Shown: piece after piece, positions 62,501-64,000 of the stretch
How positions within the stretch are numbered: position 1 is the first letter of the stretch
Layout: each line of letters begins with the position of its first letter
Assembly: GCA_964016885.1 (NCBI GenBank)
Contig: OZ024742.1
Span: 251,472,001 to 251,536,000, forward strand
DNA from: Eledone cirrhosa
Lineage: Eukaryota
DNA length: 64,000 bases
Reading direction: 5' to 3'
Position numbers and translations under genes: made by a program
The notes under the pieces: generated by a model
Told to the model about the DNA's origin: nothing
The model's database searches: none
Seen by the model: only the letters and a program-made list of their open reading frames with translations

Positions 62501-64000
62501 ACAGATTACAAATTAGTGGTCTGTGTAGTCGACTATTTTAAATTGTGGACAACTTATACTAGCCTTATCTAGTTCTCTGCAGAATACCCTATCGAGATAG
62601 GATCTGGATGACCCGATGCGGTTTGTCCATGTCCACATTTGCACATTCGGGTGATCCAGTCGATATCTGTCAGACAGTTCAAAACGTCTGAGCAGGTTGG
62701 TGAGGCTCTTGCCCCCTCCTCACCTATCCACTAGCCCCACACAATCCCAGCGTGCATTCAAGATACCGTTCCAGTCACCCACTAACACTAAAGAGTGGGA
62801 CGTTCCAAGAAAGGTCTCTAGACGTCTGAAGAAATCTGGCCGTCCTGCCCCTGTTGGGGTGTAGACGGCTACTAGCTTGAAAGCATTGCCTTCTCTGCCG
62901 GTCACGTCCAGCACCACCGACTTACCCTCTGGGTCTAGGAAGATGGCCCGTAAGGCAAGATCCAAGCATCTCCGAACAAGGACGGCAACCCCTCCCCCGA
63001 TCCTGGACGGCTGGGAGATGCGTATACATCGTAGCTGCCGAAGATCGGTGCGAAGGCTTGTGCCTCGGAGATTCTGGTCTGACTGATGGCCACCACATCT
63101 ATGTTTAGTGACCTGAGGTCGTTGAGCAGGTGACCCTGCTTCCAAGATGACTCCAGGCCACGTGCATTTATACTGCCTATTCTGAGTACGGCCATGTTGG
63201 ATGAGAAACGGGGTAAGTGAGAAAGGGTCTCTTACCTTGATTGTGTGGTGAAGGGACAGTAGAACCGTCCCTTTCGCTGGTCATGGGTGTTTCCAAGAGG
63301 ATGTCAGTGTATATCCTCTTGGTAACCGACCCTCTGAAGTCTCCAACTGCGTTGGGGAATTTTTGTTTTAAAGGTTTGTACTGTTCTATTGAGATTTCAA
63401 TGATGCTTATGTTTGTTGGGAGAGTTCTTGGTGTTGGTGGGGTGTATAGTTTTTTTCTGTGATGTCTGTGTGCTGCTTTATATATTTTATGAGTTGTTTT
63501 TTGCCATGTTTATGGCTGTGTACTTTTTGGGGGAGGGGTGATTTTGTTGCTGTTTTCTTCTTGTTGCTGTTTGGTGTGTGTGTGTTGTTTTGTTTGCATT
63601 GTTGGTGTTTTGGGTGATGCTGGTGGTGGTGTGGTTGTTGTTGGCGGTGGTGCTTGTGGTGGTGATGGTGGTGGTGTTGCTGCAAGTTTCCTTGCTGCCT
63701 TTACCCCTCTTTGTGTGCCTTCACTTTTGGAGGGTGAATCTAAGGTTTTTTTTTGTCTTTTGTTTTTTTGTGGCAGACCATTTGCCACTTCACTCCCGCC
63801 TCAAACTCCATGTCGGATTCCGTGGCGTCTAGGAGGGGTATGTGCTCCATGGCTTTTGGTGGTGGTAGTGGAGCCCTCTTCAGCAATTTTGTTGCTGGTG
63901 TAGCTACTTCAAATGTAGCTATTGGTGTTGCCACCACTGATGCTGCTGCTTTAGTTGTCCGTGGCCTTCGTACGGGTGCCACAGACGTTGCCCTCCTACT
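59506..64000 (-). mobile_element. Tx1/L1-clade LINE: ORF1 C-terminus, ORF2 (63195 to 59806; APE, RT, CCHC) with frameshifts, 3' UTR; runs off the window
   Basis: SINARGL, VGDWN, KSPGLDG, NFRPITLLN, DQSKAFDRV, VRQGCPLS, YADD, CPRC..ETVVHALVQC; AATAAA near 59520. Confidence 0.93.

Overview
Eukaryotic, AT-rich, repeat-saturated genomic DNA. It is probably a cephalopod (Octopus-like) intron or intergenic region; this is inferred from the CORE- and Meta-type SINEs, the (GAT)n-tailed RTE LINEs and the dense (TA)n/(CA)n tracts. No intact host gene is evident; two short candidate exons on the minus strand are weakly supported. The window is a nested pile of RTE LINEs (one near-intact RT copy with a PHD finger inserted in the RT), many Penelope-like elements (PLEs; RT plus GIY-YIG), a Tx1/L1 LINE, CR1, CRE-like and R4/Dong-like fragments, a DD37D maT transposon, a hAT fragment, MITEs, a non-autonomous LTR element with a tRNA-Trp PBS, and two SINE families. 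Structure that the ORF track does not explain: (i) about ten type I hammerhead ribozyme (HHR) motifs, some with intact cores; (ii) a non-coding family of ~350-430 bp partial tandem repeats with one hammerhead and a conserved octamer per monomer, resembling retrozymes and newt satellite 2; (iii) recurrent fold-back (palindromic) mini-elements built from PLE 3' ends and inserted in (TA)n. All coordinates and alignments were read by eye.
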